Assembly (NCBI GenBank): GCA_963773405.1
Contig: CAVZAQ010000013.1
Coordinates: 19,758-83,757, forward strand
Source: an uncultured Chloroflexia bacterium
GTDB lineage: Bacteria > Chloroflexota > Limnocylindria > QHBO01
DNA length: 64,000 nucleotides
Reading direction: 5' to 3'
Shown here piece after piece: positions 52,162 to 61,788 of this stretch. The notes under the pieces were generated by a model that searched no databases, had not been told where the DNA came from, and worked only from the letters and a program-made list of their open reading frames with translations. A program made the position numbers and the translations under genes. Every line of letters starts with the position of its first letter. The stretch's first letter is position 1.

Positions 52162-55100
52162 TCAGTCCAGCCTCGCGAGCCTCCTCCCAGCGACCCTGGG
52201 CGATGTGCAGCTCGCCCAGCAGGGACGAGAGGCCTGCGGTGGCCTGCGCGCTGTCCAGGACGACCGGCCGGCTCGTGCAGGCAGCCGCAGCTGCGTCTCC
52301 GCCTCATCCGGGTCGCCGCGGTAGATCCGCCTGCGAATGAGCTCCGTCTCGAACCAGGTCGCGTAGAAGCCGGAGGCATCGGCCCGCTCAACCTCCATTT
52401 CGGGCAGCCACGCGTCCCAATCACCCAGGTCGAACGACGTGCCCAGCGCGACACCGATCGCCTGCTGCATCCGGGTGCGCAGCCCGAACCGCTCGGCGAT
52501 CTCATGCTGCTCTCCAACCAGGGTCAGCGCCGAGCGGAGGCTGATCCCACCAATCAGGATCTGCAGGTTGTTGCGGGCGCGGAGCGCGTTCATGGGGTTG
52601 CCGGCCAGGTCCGCCACGCTGATGCAGCCGCGAAGGGTCACCTCCGCCTCCGTGATGACGCCGACGTTGAGGAGCGCGGTCCCCTTGGTGATCAGGATGT
52701 CGACGAGGTCGGTCTGGGTGAGGACGGCCTGCTGGGCGAGAACGCGGTCGCACCATTCGATCGAGCGGCGATCGCCCGAAATCATCAGCGCCCGTGCCAG
52801 CTCCGCCTGGGCTCGCGCCACCTCCCGCGATGACGGGAGGCCCTCTGCGTCGGCGAGCGCCGCCTCGAGGATCTGGATCGCGGCGCGGTCACCGTGCTCC
52901 GTGAGCTTGGCGGTGGCCTGCAGCGTGCGCGCGCGCAGGATCCCGACGCGGTCGCCGAGTCGGCGGGAGATCTGCTCCGCCTCGTGGCCGTGGGCGATTG
53001 CCGCCTCGATGCGGCCCGAATGCATCGCCGCATTGCCGGCGCGCTCCTGGAGTGCTGCCTGCTCGGCCGGATCCGCGGTCACCTCGAGCGCCTGCTCCAG
53101 GTACTGCTCCGCGCCCACGAACGAGTGCAGCGCCATGGCCCGATCCGCGGCCGCGCGCAGGACGATCCGCGCCTGCGCCGCGAGCGCATCGGCTTCCGCT
53201 CCGTCGGCGGTGGCGCGGTAGGCCGCGAGGTAGTGGCTGGCCAGGACGCCGGCGATCTCGTCCTCGCCCAGCGCCTCGTAGAAGCGCGCCGCGGCCACGT
53301 GCTTCGCACGACGGTCCCGCTTCGCGAGCGACTGGTAGGCGACCTCGCGGACCACGCCCTGGACGAACCGGTGCTGGCCGCGCTCAGGCGATCGGGGGTC
53401 CGCGTCCAGGGCCAGGATCTCGTGCCGCACCAAACCCGTCAGGCGCTCCTCCAGGCTGTGGCCATCGAGACCGCTCACCGCCGTAAGCGCATCCAGGCTG
53501 AAGGAGAGGCCCAGCACGGACGCATCCGTGACGAGGGACCGCTCCTCGGGATCAAGCGAGTCGAGGCGGGCGGCGATCAGCGCGTGCAGCGACTCGGGAA
53601 CCACCAGCTCCGGGAGATCCTGCACCAGCGTGTATCGGCCGTCCTGCTCGTGGAGGATGCCGCGGTCCAGGAGCATTCGCAGCGTCTCCACCGCGTAAAG
53701 CGGCACGCCCTCCGCTCGCCCCACGATGGCGCGCAGCGCCGGCTCCGGCATCCCAGGCACCAGGCCGGTGAGCAGGAGGCGCATGTCGTCGTCGGAGAGG
53801 GGCTCGAGGTGGATGGAGGTCGCCGCGCGGACGCCCTGCCCCCACCCGGGGCGCCGCTCGAGGAGCTCGGGGCGTGCCTCAGCCAGGACGAAGATCGGCG
53901 AGCTGCGGGCCCAGGTGAGCAGATGTTCCACGAAGTCGAGCAGACCCTGGTCCGCCCACTGCAGGTCCCAGAAGACGAGGAGCACCGTTCCCTGTTCCGC
54001 CATCCGCTCGAAGAAGGTGCGCCAGGCCGCGAAGAGCTCTTCGCGGGACTCCTCCGGGAGATCGTCCAGGCCCAGCAGACCGGCCAGGCGGGGCTCGATC
54101 CAGCGCCGCTCGGCCGGATCCGTCACGAACTGCTCCACGGTCGCGCGCAGCTGCTCTCGTGCGACCGCCGGGTCGTCCGACTCCGCGATCCCCGCGCGGC
54201 CGCGCACCATCTCGGCCAGCGCCCAGTAGCTGATCCCCTCGCCGTACGACGGGGAGCGGCCCTCGTGGAACCAGATGTTCTCCACGACCCCGTCGAGGTA
54301 CTTCTCGAGCTCCCAGCCGAGCCGGCTCTTGCCGATGCCTGCCTGGCCGATGATCGTCACCAGCCGCGGCTTGCCCTCGCGGGCGGTGGCGTGGAACTGC
54401 TCCTTGAGCGCACGCAGCTCCTCGTCTCGCCCGACGAACGGCGGCTCAAGCTGGGCCGCGCGCCCGGATCCGCCGCGCCGGGCGACGACCGCGGTCGCGC
54501 GCCAGACGGGGACGGGGGCGGCCTTTCCCTTGAGCTCGCGATCACCCGCCTCCTCGAAGGCGATGGCGTTCGATGCGGCGCGCATGGTCGCCTCGCCCAC
54601 CAGGACGTTCCCCGGCTGCGCCGCCGACTGGATGCGAGACGCGGTGTTGACCAGGTCGCCGGCGACCATGCCCTGGTTCGTGGCGCCAATGGTGACCGCC
54701 GCCTCCCCGGTCAGGACCCCTGCCCGGGCCGCCAGGTGCTCGTCGCCGATCTCCATGGCTCCGACGGCGGCGACCAGCTCCAGGGCGGTGCGGACCGCGC
54801 GCTCCGCGTCGTCCTCGTGCGCGGTGGGTGTGCCCCAGACCGCCATCACCGCGTCCCCGATGAACTTCTCGATGATGCCGCCGTGGCGTTCGACGATCTC
54901 CTGGGCCGTCTCGAAGTAGCGGCTCAGCAGGTCGCGCGTCTCCTCCGCGTCGTGATGCTCCGAGACGGTGGTGAACCCCACCAGGTCGGTGAACATGACC
55001 GAGACGAGGCGACGCTCCGCGACGGCGGCGGTCGGCTGTCCCTCGCCCGTGGCTGATCCCGGGGTGGCTGAGGGCTCAGCAGGGGCAGATGCTCCCGACA

Positions 55101-55248
55101 TCGCGGTGCCGCACTCCCGGCAGAACTTGGCACCACCGGGGTTGTCCGTGCCACACGACGGGCAGGCGACCGCCATGCGCGCTCCGCACTCGATGCAGAA
55201 CTTGGCGCCGGGCTCATTGGCCGTGCCGCAGGCGGTGCAGGTCAGCAT
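52162..55248 (-). CDS. Multidomain signalling protein: double zinc ribbon + class III adenylate/guanylate cyclase + AAA/NB-ARC-like ATPase + TPR repeats; C-terminus probably frameshifted
   Basis: MLTCTACGTANEPGAKFCIECG...CPSCGTDNPGGAKFCRECG; cyclase VSVMFTDLVGFT...GDAVMAVWG; Walker A IIGQAGIGKSRL; long helical TPR-like C-terminal half. The final ~45 residues of the ORF look non-native, and TPR-like sequence continues in another frame downstream. Confidence 0.7.
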   Translation of the reverse strand: MLTCTACGTANEPGAKFCIECGARMAVACPSCGTDNPGGAKFCRECGTAMSGASAPAEPSATPGSATGEGQPTAAVAERRLVSVMFTDLVGFTTVSEHHDAEETRDLLSRYFETAQEIVERHGGIIEKFIGDAVMAVWGTPTAHEDDAERAVRTALELVAAVGAMEIGDEHLAARAGVLTGEAAVTIGATNQGMVAGDLVNTASRIQSAAQPGNVLVGEATMRAASNAIAFEEAGDRELKGKAAPVPVWRATAVVARRGGSGRAAQLEPPFVGRDEELRALKEQFHATAREGKPRLVTIIGQAGIGKSRLGWELEKYLDGVVENIWFHEGRSPSYGEGISYWALAEMVRGRAGIAESDDPAVAREQLRATVEQFVTDPAERRWIEPRLAGLLGLDDLPEESREELFAAWRTFFERMAEQGTVLLVFWDLQWADQGLLDFVEHLLTWARSSPIFVLAEARPELLERRPGWGQGVRAATSIHLEPLSDDDMRLLLTGLVPGMPEPALRAIVGRAEGVPLYAVETLRMLLDRGILHEQDGRYTLVQDLPELVVPESLHALIAARLDSLDPEERSLVTDASVLGLSFSLDALTAVSGLDGHSLEERLTGLVRHEILALDADPRSPERGQHRFVQGVVREVAYQSLAKRDRRAKHVAAARFYEALGEDEIAGVLASHYLAAYRATADGAEADALAAQARIVLRAAADRAMALHSFVGAEQYLEQALEVTADPAEQAALQERAGNAAMHSGRIEAAIAHGHEAEQISRRLGDRVGILRARTLQATAKLTEHGDRAAIQILEAALADAEGLPSSREVARAQAELARALMISGDRRSIEWCDRVLAQQAVLTQTDLVDILITKGTALLNVGVITEAEVTLRGCISVADLAGNPMNALRARNNLQILIGGISLRSALTLVGEQHEIAERFGLRTRMQQAIGVALGTSFDLGDWDAWLPEMEVERADASGFYATWFETELIRRRIYRGDPDEAETQLRLPARAGRSSWTARRPPQASRPCWASCTSPRVAGRRLARLD

Positions 55249-55306
55249 TTGGCTCCGCGTGCTCAAGGATCTGAGCACGGAGTATGACGGGTGTTGTCCC
55301 TTGCGC

Positions 55307-55987
55307 CTACCCGGGATCCCGCACCCGGAGGAGCGTCAGCCCGTCGCCGATGGGCACCATGGCCACCTCGACCCGCTCATCGGTGGCGAGCTTCGCGTTG
55401 AGCGCACGGATGGCGAGGGTGCTGCCGTCGTCGACCGCCGGATCCGCCACCCGACCGGACCACAGGACATTGTCGATGGCGATCACGCCGCCCGGCCGGA
55501 CCAGGCGCAGCGCCCGCTCCACGTATCCGTCGTAGTTGGGCTTGTCCGCATCAATGAAGGCGAAGTCGAAGGTGCCGGCGGCGCCATCGGCGAGCAGCGC
55601 GTCGAGCGTGTCGATGGCCGGGCCCAGGCGCAGCTCCACGTGGTCGGCGACGCCGGCGGCCTCCCAGGTCTGACGGGCGATATCGGTCCATTCCGCGCTG
55701 ACGTCGCAGCAGAGCAGGTGGCCATCGGACGGCAGGGCCAGGGCCACCGCGGTGGAGCTGTACCCGGTGAAGGTCCCCACCTCGAGGCAGCGTCGCGCGC
55801 CCGTGAGCCGCACGAGGAGCGCCATGAATGCGCCCTGCTCGGGCGCGATCTGCATGCCATGCTGCGGGAGGGCAGCCGTGCGCTCGCGGAGCGCGCGCAG
55901 GACCTCCGGCTCGCGGACGCCCACCCCCACGAGGTAATCGCCAAGCGTCTCGTCGAGGCCGATGCTGGTGTTGGACATGGGTGGCAT
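55307..55987 (-). CDS. Class I SAM-dependent O-methyltransferase (caffeoyl-CoA OMT family)
   Basis: ...LEVGTFTGYSSTAVALALPSDGHLLCCDVSAEW...FDFAFIDADKPNYDGY...LVRPGGVIAIDNVLW: family-3 OMT motifs. Confidence 0.7.
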   Translation of the reverse strand: MPPMSNTSIGLDETLGDYLVGVGVREPEVLRALRERTAALPQHGMQIAPEQGAFMALLVRLTGARRCLEVGTFTGYSSTAVALALPSDGHLLCCDVSAEWTDIARQTWEAAGVADHVELRLGPAIDTLDALLADGAAGTFDFAFIDADKPNYDGYVERALRLVRPGGVIAIDNVLWSGRVADPAVDDGSTLAIRALNAKLATDERVEVAMVPIGDGLTLLRVRDPG

Positions 55988-56015
55988 GGTAGCCCCCGCG
56001 CGGGCGAGCGTGACG

Positions 56016-57014
56016 CTACAGGCCGGCGAAGAGGGAGTCCTCGCGCCCGGTGGACGGGGCATCGTGGCCTCGCCAGGTGGCCAGGACGAAGTCCTCGCTC
56101 GAGAGCGCCCGATCGACAAGGTCCTTCGGCATGTCCAGCAGCCAGCCGAAGTCCTGGCGCTGGGTCCGGTGGCAATCCATGCTGCGGTGCTTCACGGCGA
56201 TCCACCCTGAGACGTCGACGCGGGCCGTGACATCGGCATCCGGCGTGCCAAAGGCGTTCGGCTGGTCCCCGCTCGCGAGGGTCTCTGCGATCTGGCGCAG
56301 TGCCTCGACGTTGGTGGGGTTGAGCGCGTCGGGCCCGTACTGGGCAGCCGCGGCCTCGACCTTCTCGAGCGTGTCACCAAAGTCCCAGGGGAGCTTCAGG
56401 CCGCGCCGATGGAGCTCCAGCATCAGGCCCAGCAGAGCCTCGCGGTTGAACGCCGTCTCGTAGAGCTTCGCAACGGCATGCGGCTCGCCCGCGTCGCGGT
56501 AGCGTCGGGGATCCGCCGCGGCTTCGAAGGCGCCCACCGCAAGGCGGTGGGCGTTGATGTGGTCGGGGTGGCCGTAGCCTCCGTTGCTGTCGTAGCTGAC
56601 CATGACCGCCGGGCGCGCCTCGCGCACGATGCGCGCCACCCGGCCGATCGCCTCGTCGAGATCCTGGCGCCAGAAGGCATCCGCCCGCTCGTTCGACGGC
56701 GTGCCCATCATCCCCGAGTCTCGATAGCCGAGGAGGTGCAGACGCAGCTCGCCGCCGTTGGCGGCCGCCTCGCCGAGCGCCGCCACGGAGCACTCGAGCT
56801 CCGCGCGCCGAATCTGGCGCAGGCGCGGCTTGGCCTCCTCCGGATCCAGGGCCGGATCGTGGATCTCTCCCTCCTCGCCGCCGGTGCAGGTGACGAGGTC
56901 CACGCGGCGCCCCTCTGCCAGCGACCGCGCGATGAGCCCGCCGGTCGACATGCATTCGTCGTCGGGATGGGCGTGGACGAGGAGGAGCCCTCCGGCGGGC
57001 GTGGCCTTGGTCAT
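56016..57014 (-). CDS. LmbE/PIG-L family N-acetylglucosaminyl deacetylase (MshB/Mca-like)
   Basis: From internal Met MTKATPAGGLLLVHAHPDDE: diagnostic metal-binding motif; HPDH further downstream. Confidence 0.7.
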   Translation of the reverse strand: MTKATPAGGLLLVHAHPDDECMSTGGLIARSLAEGRRVDLVTCTGGEEGEIHDPALDPEEAKPRLRQIRRAELECSVAALGEAAANGGELRLHLLGYRDSGMMGTPSNERADAFWRQDLDEAIGRVARIVREARPAVMVSYDSNGGYGHPDHINAHRLAVGAFEAAADPRRYRDAGEPHAVAKLYETAFNREALLGLMLELHRRGLKLPWDFGDTLEKVEAAAAQYGPDALNPTNVEALRQIAETLASGDQPNAFGTPDADVTARVDVSGWIAVKHRSMDCHRTQRQDFGWLLDMPKDLVDRALSSEDFVLATWRGHDAPSTGREDSLFAGL

Positions 57015-57060
57015 GGGCAGGTTGATCTCCGGCTGCGGGACGGGATGCGGGACGCGCGGA

Positions 57061-57402
57061 TCACGAGGCGGTGCGGTGCTCCGGGCACTGGCACAGCTCG
57101 CGAAGCCGCGCGTAGGTGAAGAGGCCGGTGTCGTGCCCGTCGGCCCAGATGGGAGCCAGCGCGTAGCGGCCAATCCACTTCACGCGCTCGATCGTCGTCT
57201 GCTCCGGTCCGAAGTACGTCTCCAGGGTCACGAGGCCGGGCATGCTTCCCTCCCCGGCGCACAGCGCGCAGGGGCAGGCGCGGCGGAGATCGGTCCATTC
57301 CCATTCGCCCAGGTGGCCGTCGTCCCACCGGATGCGGATGATGCGGGCCGTCTCGTCGAGCTCGATGCCAATCGGATTGACGATCTCGGGTCGCGGGCTC
57401 AT
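57061..57402 (-). CDS. DUF971 domain protein
   Basis: IIRIRWDDGHLGEWEWTDLRRACPCALCAGE: DUF971 signature. Confidence 0.55.
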   Translation of the reverse strand: MSPRPEIVNPIGIELDETARIIRIRWDDGHLGEWEWTDLRRACPCALCAGEGSMPGLVTLETYFGPEQTTIERVKWIGRYALAPIWADGHDTGLFTYARLRELCQCPEHRTAS

Positions 57403-57427
57403 CGGTCTCGAACGCAGGGCGAAAGGC

Positions 57428-59083
57428 TCATGGCTGCCAGAATTGTGCGACACCCAGCCATTCCGCGCCAAAGGTCGCCCCGTTGGCGGTCAGCTGGGTC
57501 GGCTTCCTGCCATTGGCCAGATCCCAGACGTAGAGGTCCTGGCGGACGCCTCCGCCCGACGCATTGATGCCCAGGGTGAAGACCACGTGGTCTCCCTTTG
57601 GCGACCAGCGAAGGTGGCTGAGCAGCCCCGTGACCTGGACGCGGGAGATGGTGGCGCCGGTGGCGTCCACGACGGCGAGGGTCGAGATGGCGCCGCTCTC
57701 CGTGACCGAGATACGCCGCGTTCCATCCGGCGACCAGAGGACCGGCGGCCGGGCGACCGCAATGGTATCGCCGATGACCGGATCGATTCGCCACTGGCCG
57801 GCGTTCGCAATCCAGAGGACGACGTTGCCGTCGCTCGTGCCGAACAGACGGTCCGTCCCACCCTCGTCAAAGAAGCGTGCCGCATTCAGCTGCGATCGCT
57901 GCTCCGACGCGGGGTGCGGGAAGTTGATGGTCGACAGGGTCGTGGTGGTGCCCGACGCGAAGCTGATGGCGTACACCGTCGCATCGTCGTTTGCGCCGCC
58001 GCGGGTCACCTTCGCCACGTAGATGGTGCTCGCATCACTGCCGAACGTCACCGCGTCGACACCGGACGCCAGGACGCGGTCCGGCTTGCCCGGCGTGATG
58101 GCCAGGAGCTTGCCGCTCACGATGGCGACCATGACGGTGCCGTCCGGGGCCACGGCATAGTGCCCAATGTCGAGGCTGGACTTGGCCACGACCGTCGGGG
58201 CCTTGGAGGTCGCGAAATCGTCGCGGTACAGCTCGCTCGCCCCGAGAGCGGTGGGCCGCGCCAGGTAGAGCATCTCCATGGCGCCGTAGGTGGGCACCGG
58301 AGTCGGGGCCGGTGTGACGGTGGCCGATGCCGGGACGCTCTCGGAGGGAGTCGCGAGGACTGGCAGGCTGGCCACCAGAGACGCGGACGGACGGACCCCG
58401 ATGCTCGGCGATGTGCTCGCCGCAAAGCCGCCGTTCGCCTCGGTGTAGATGAGCGCCAGCAGGACGATGACGATCCCCGCCAGGGCGAGGACCATGCCGA
58501 TCAGCCAGGGGACCGCCTGCTCGGCCGTGGTCGGGCGCCGGCGATCGCCGTATCGGCGCGTGTCCCAGATCTCGAGTGCTGGCGTCGACGGCTCCGCCTC
58601 CACGACCTCGCCGCCGGCCGCTGCCGCGGCCACGTCCGGAACCACGTCGCGGTTCTCGTCCCGGGCCTCGTCGTGGTCCTCGTCCCGGGCCTCGTCATAG
58701 GCCCCGTCGCCGGCCTCGTGATAGGCCCCGTCCCGGGCGTCGTCGCGGGCCTGGCCGTAGGCCTCGCCGTAGGGGCCTTCCTGCGACTCCGGTCGGTCGG
58801 TCCCGGGTGGGTCGCCCCATGTGCCGGTGTCCTCGGACGGCCAGGAGAGTGGGCCTGGCGTGCCGAAAGGGCCCTCATCCCGGGGGTCGCGAGATTCGAA
58901 CGGGCCTTCATCCCGGGGATCGGCTCCGAAAGGACCGTGCGGCTCCCGGGGATCGTCCGGCTCGAAGGGATCGCCGGGCTCGCGGGGATCGTCCGGCTCG
59001 AAGGGATCGTCCGGCCCGAAGGGATCGCGCGGACCCGTCATCCAGGCACCACCACGGCTGTTGGGCTCATCGCGCCCGATCAT
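57428..59083 (-). CDS. Membrane-anchored protein with repetitive acidic/Pro-rich cytoplasmic N-terminus and C-terminal beta-propeller-like (TolB/WD40-like) domain
   Basis: N-terminal repeats DDPFEPDDPREPG x2 and DPRDEGPF x2; single TM (VPWLIGMVLALAGIVIVLLALIY); C-terminal ~330 aa with repeated beta-strand-rich segments. Confidence 0.5.
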   Translation of the reverse strand: MIGRDEPNSRGGAWMTGPRDPFGPDDPFEPDDPREPGDPFEPDDPREPHGPFGADPRDEGPFESRDPRDEGPFGTPGPLSWPSEDTGTWGDPPGTDRPESQEGPYGEAYGQARDDARDGAYHEAGDGAYDEARDEDHDEARDENRDVVPDVAAAAAGGEVVEAEPSTPALEIWDTRRYGDRRRPTTAEQAVPWLIGMVLALAGIVIVLLALIYTEANGGFAASTSPSIGVRPSASLVASLPVLATPSESVPASATVTPAPTPVPTYGAMEMLYLARPTALGASELYRDDFATSKAPTVVAKSSLDIGHYAVAPDGTVMVAIVSGKLLAITPGKPDRVLASGVDAVTFGSDASTIYVAKVTRGGANDDATVYAISFASGTTTTLSTINFPHPASEQRSQLNAARFFDEGGTDRLFGTSDGNVVLWIANAGQWRIDPVIGDTIAVARPPVLWSPDGTRRISVTESGAISTLAVVDATGATISRVQVTGLLSHLRWSPKGDHVVFTLGINASGGGVRQDLYVWDLANGRKPTQLTANGATFGAEWLGVAQFWQP

Positions 59084-59181
59084 AGCGAAGGCCGGCCTCG
59101 TCGGACCCGGTGCCCGCGTGCCCCGCAGCCTTTCCCGCCTGCGGCCGGGCGTGGTGGGTCGGCGAAGACAGCCCGCGTAAG

Positions 59182-60072
59182 ATGGCGCGCATGAGCGTGA
59201 AGGTGGCAGCCTGCCAGATCGACCCCCAGCTCGGTGAGGTCGACCGCAACCTGGAGCGGATCGAGCGGGCGGTGGGTGAGGCGGCGCGCAGCGGCGTCAG
59301 TCTCGCCGTCCTGCCCGAGGCTGCGGTCACCGGCTATGCCTTCGATTCACTCGACGAGGCGAGGCCGGTGGCGCGCCGGGCAAAGATGGTTGCCGAGGAT
59401 CGCCTCGCGGAGCTCGCCCGCATCCACGACATGGCGATCATCTGCGGCTCCCTGGAGCCAGAGGCCAACCAGATCTACAACCTGGCCCACATCATCACCG
59501 CCGATGGCCGCCGCTTCCGCTATCGCAAGACCCACCTTCCCTTTCTGGGCGTCGACCGCTTCGCCACCCCGGGGCCGGATGCGCCACAGGTCTACGAGCT
59601 GGGCGGCCTTCAGGTTGGGGTCCTGATCTGCTACGACCTGCGCTTCCCGGAAGCGTCGCGGATCGTGAGCCTGGACGGCGCCGATCTCATCGCCCTGCCC
59701 ACGAACTGGCCCGTGGGCGTGGAGTTCCATCCGGAGCTCTTCGCGCCGGCCCGCGCGGCGGAGAACCACTGCTATCTGCTGGCCTGCGACCGCGTGGGGA
59801 CCGAACGCGGGACCACGTTCCTCGGCCGCTCGATCCTGCTCGACTACGACGGGAAGCGGCTGGCGACGGCGAGCGACGTCGAAGAGACGTTGCTGGTTGG
59901 CGAGGTGGATGCCGACAGCGCCCGTGAGACGCACGTGCGCCTGCGCCCCGGCGAGCATGAATGGGACACGATCGCGGATCGTCGTCCCGGACTCTATGAG
60001 CGGCTTCTCACCCCAGGCGTCAACCGCCGGCGGCCTCCGGGTGCCAACCTGTACTCAGGGAATGGCGAGTAG
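59182..60072 (+). CDS. Carbon-nitrogen hydrolase (nitrilase superfamily) protein
   Basis: MARMSVKVAACQ...LAVLPEAAVTGY...RKTHLP...VGVLICYDLRFPE...: E-K-C catalytic triad context. Confidence 0.7.
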   Translation: MARMSVKVAACQIDPQLGEVDRNLERIERAVGEAARSGVSLAVLPEAAVTGYAFDSLDEARPVARRAKMVAEDRLAELARIHDMAIICGSLEPEANQIYNLAHIITADGRRFRYRKTHLPFLGVDRFATPGPDAPQVYELGGLQVGVLICYDLRFPEASRIVSLDGADLIALPTNWPVGVEFHPELFAPARAAENHCYLLACDRVGTERGTTFLGRSILLDYDGKRLATASDVEETLLVGEVDADSARETHVRLRPGEHEWDTIADRRPGLYERLLTPGVNRRRPPGANLYSGNGE

Positions 60073-60081
60073 CTGCTCGTC

Positions 60082-60285
60082 CTACTCCGATGCGGCCCAC
60101 ATGATGAGGCCCACCGTGACGACGCCCGTGACCAGCCCCACGAACGCGGCAAGGCCTTCCGGCCCGTTCCCATTCACGGTGGGGGCGATGTCGTTGATCA
60201 CCGCCAGCCCAACGGCCATATAGCCAAGCCAGAGCACGGTCGCGACAGCGGCGATGATGCTCCGCCGCGTACGGTCCTTGGACAT
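60082..60285 (-). CDS. Small hypothetical membrane protein
   Basis: 67 aa, two hydrophobic helices. Confidence 0.3.
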   Translation of the reverse strand: MSKDRTRRSIIAAVATVLWLGYMAVGLAVINDIAPTVNGNGPEGLAAFVGLVTGVVTVGLIMWAASE

Positions 60286-60390
60286 TCAGCGCATCGTAGC
60301 AGACGCTCAGACGCCCGACGCCGCCAGCCGAACACGCTCCGGGACGGCGTGGAACAGGGTCGGATTCGCCCGCTTGGGCAGCCCCACTGC

Positions 60391-61347
60391 TCAGGCGAGC
60401 AGGCTGCCGGGCCGATCTGTTCCGGGACGCATCTCCTCGAGGATGGCCAGGAACGCAGCCGCCGGCGCCGAGGGCTCGATCGCGTCCCGCCGGCGAGCCA
60501 CGACGATCTGGCGGCTGATGGGCGGAAGGTCCGCCACGACCACGGGAACCAGGCGCCCGGTGCCAATCTCCATCTGCACCGAGGTCCGCGGCAGGAGCGC
60601 AATGCCCAGCCGCTGCTCCACCATCCGCTTCGCCGCATCGATGTTGTCCACCTCGATGGTCCCGCGCGGCGCGATCCCGGCCTGCCGCACCAGCGCGCTG
60701 GTCAGCTCGTGATAGCTGCTCGTCCGGTCGAAGAGGATGAGGTGCTCCGTCGAGAGCTGGCCCATGTTCACCGTACCCGCCAGGGCGAAGGGATGGCCCC
60801 GGTGGACCACGAGCACCAGCGTATCGGTGTAGAGCAGGACGCTCGTGATGTCGGCGTGGCGGATGGGTCGCATCAGCCCCAGCTCGATCTCCTCGCGAAG
60901 GACCATCTGGAGCACCTCCTCGGAGTGTCCGGCGCGCACGGCGAGCTGGACCCGCGGATGGCTCTCCTGGAAGTGATGCAGGACGGCGGGCAGGACGTAG
61001 GTGCTGATCGCCGGTGCCGCGCCGATGGCGAGGCGTCCGGCCGCGCCGGACGCGATCTCGGCAACCTGCTCGCGCCCCGTGGCCAGCGCGGCCCGCGCTC
61101 GCTGCGCGTACGGAAGGAAGGCGCGGCCGGCATCGGTCAGGTGGCTGCCGGAGCGTCCGCGAACCAGGAGCCGGGCGCCCAGGACCGCCTCGAGCGCCTG
61201 GATGCGCGCCGTCACTGCGGGCTGCGTCACGAAGAGCCGCTCGGCCGCGGAGCCGATGCTCCCCGTGTCCGCCACCGCCACCAGGGCATCCACCTGCGCC
61301 AGGAGGAGCGCCTCAACCGGCGGCTGGTTGGGTCTCTCAAACGCCAT
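60391..61347 (-). CDS. LysR family transcriptional regulator
   Basis: N-terminal HTH (LLAQVDALVAVADTGSIGSAAERLFVTQPAVTARIQALE) and LysR substrate-binding domain. Confidence 0.8.
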   Translation of the reverse strand: MAFERPNQPPVEALLLAQVDALVAVADTGSIGSAAERLFVTQPAVTARIQALEAVLGARLLVRGRSGSHLTDAGRAFLPYAQRARAALATGREQVAEIASGAAGRLAIGAAPAISTYVLPAVLHHFQESHPRVQLAVRAGHSEEVLQMVLREEIELGLMRPIRHADITSVLLYTDTLVLVVHRGHPFALAGTVNMGQLSTEHLILFDRTSSYHELTSALVRQAGIAPRGTIEVDNIDAAKRMVEQRLGIALLPRTSVQMEIGTGRLVPVVVADLPPISRQIVVARRRDAIEPSAPAAAFLAILEEMRPGTDRPGSLLA

Positions 61348-61788
61348 CGGACATCAGTGTCGCTTATGACCTTCATCTGAGCAATTGCTTTGACTGATAC
61401 TACGCCATCGGCCAGAGTAGATGCATGACGTATCAAAACCTGACCACGAACGCGCTGCCGCGACTGAGGTTCGGCACGCGTCGCACCCCCCGCATCTCCG
61501 CGATCCTGGAGGGGCTGCGCCTGCGCCGGCCTCCCGTCGACGAGCCCGAGGTCATGACGACCGCGGAGCTCGCCGAGTGCGGCTGCCCCGACTGGTGCCA
61601 CCGCGACCACCACAACGAGTAGGCACCCCACCCCTCGCAGCTCATCGTGGAGGTCCATTCCATGACCGTGACCCAGCTCCCGCCTGCCCCGCCGGGCAAC
61701 GACGCCCGAGACGGGCCTCGTCGAGACGCCGCTCCTGCCCCCGGGCTTCGGCATCCCCGCGTCCCGATTCGAGAATCCATCCACGCGC

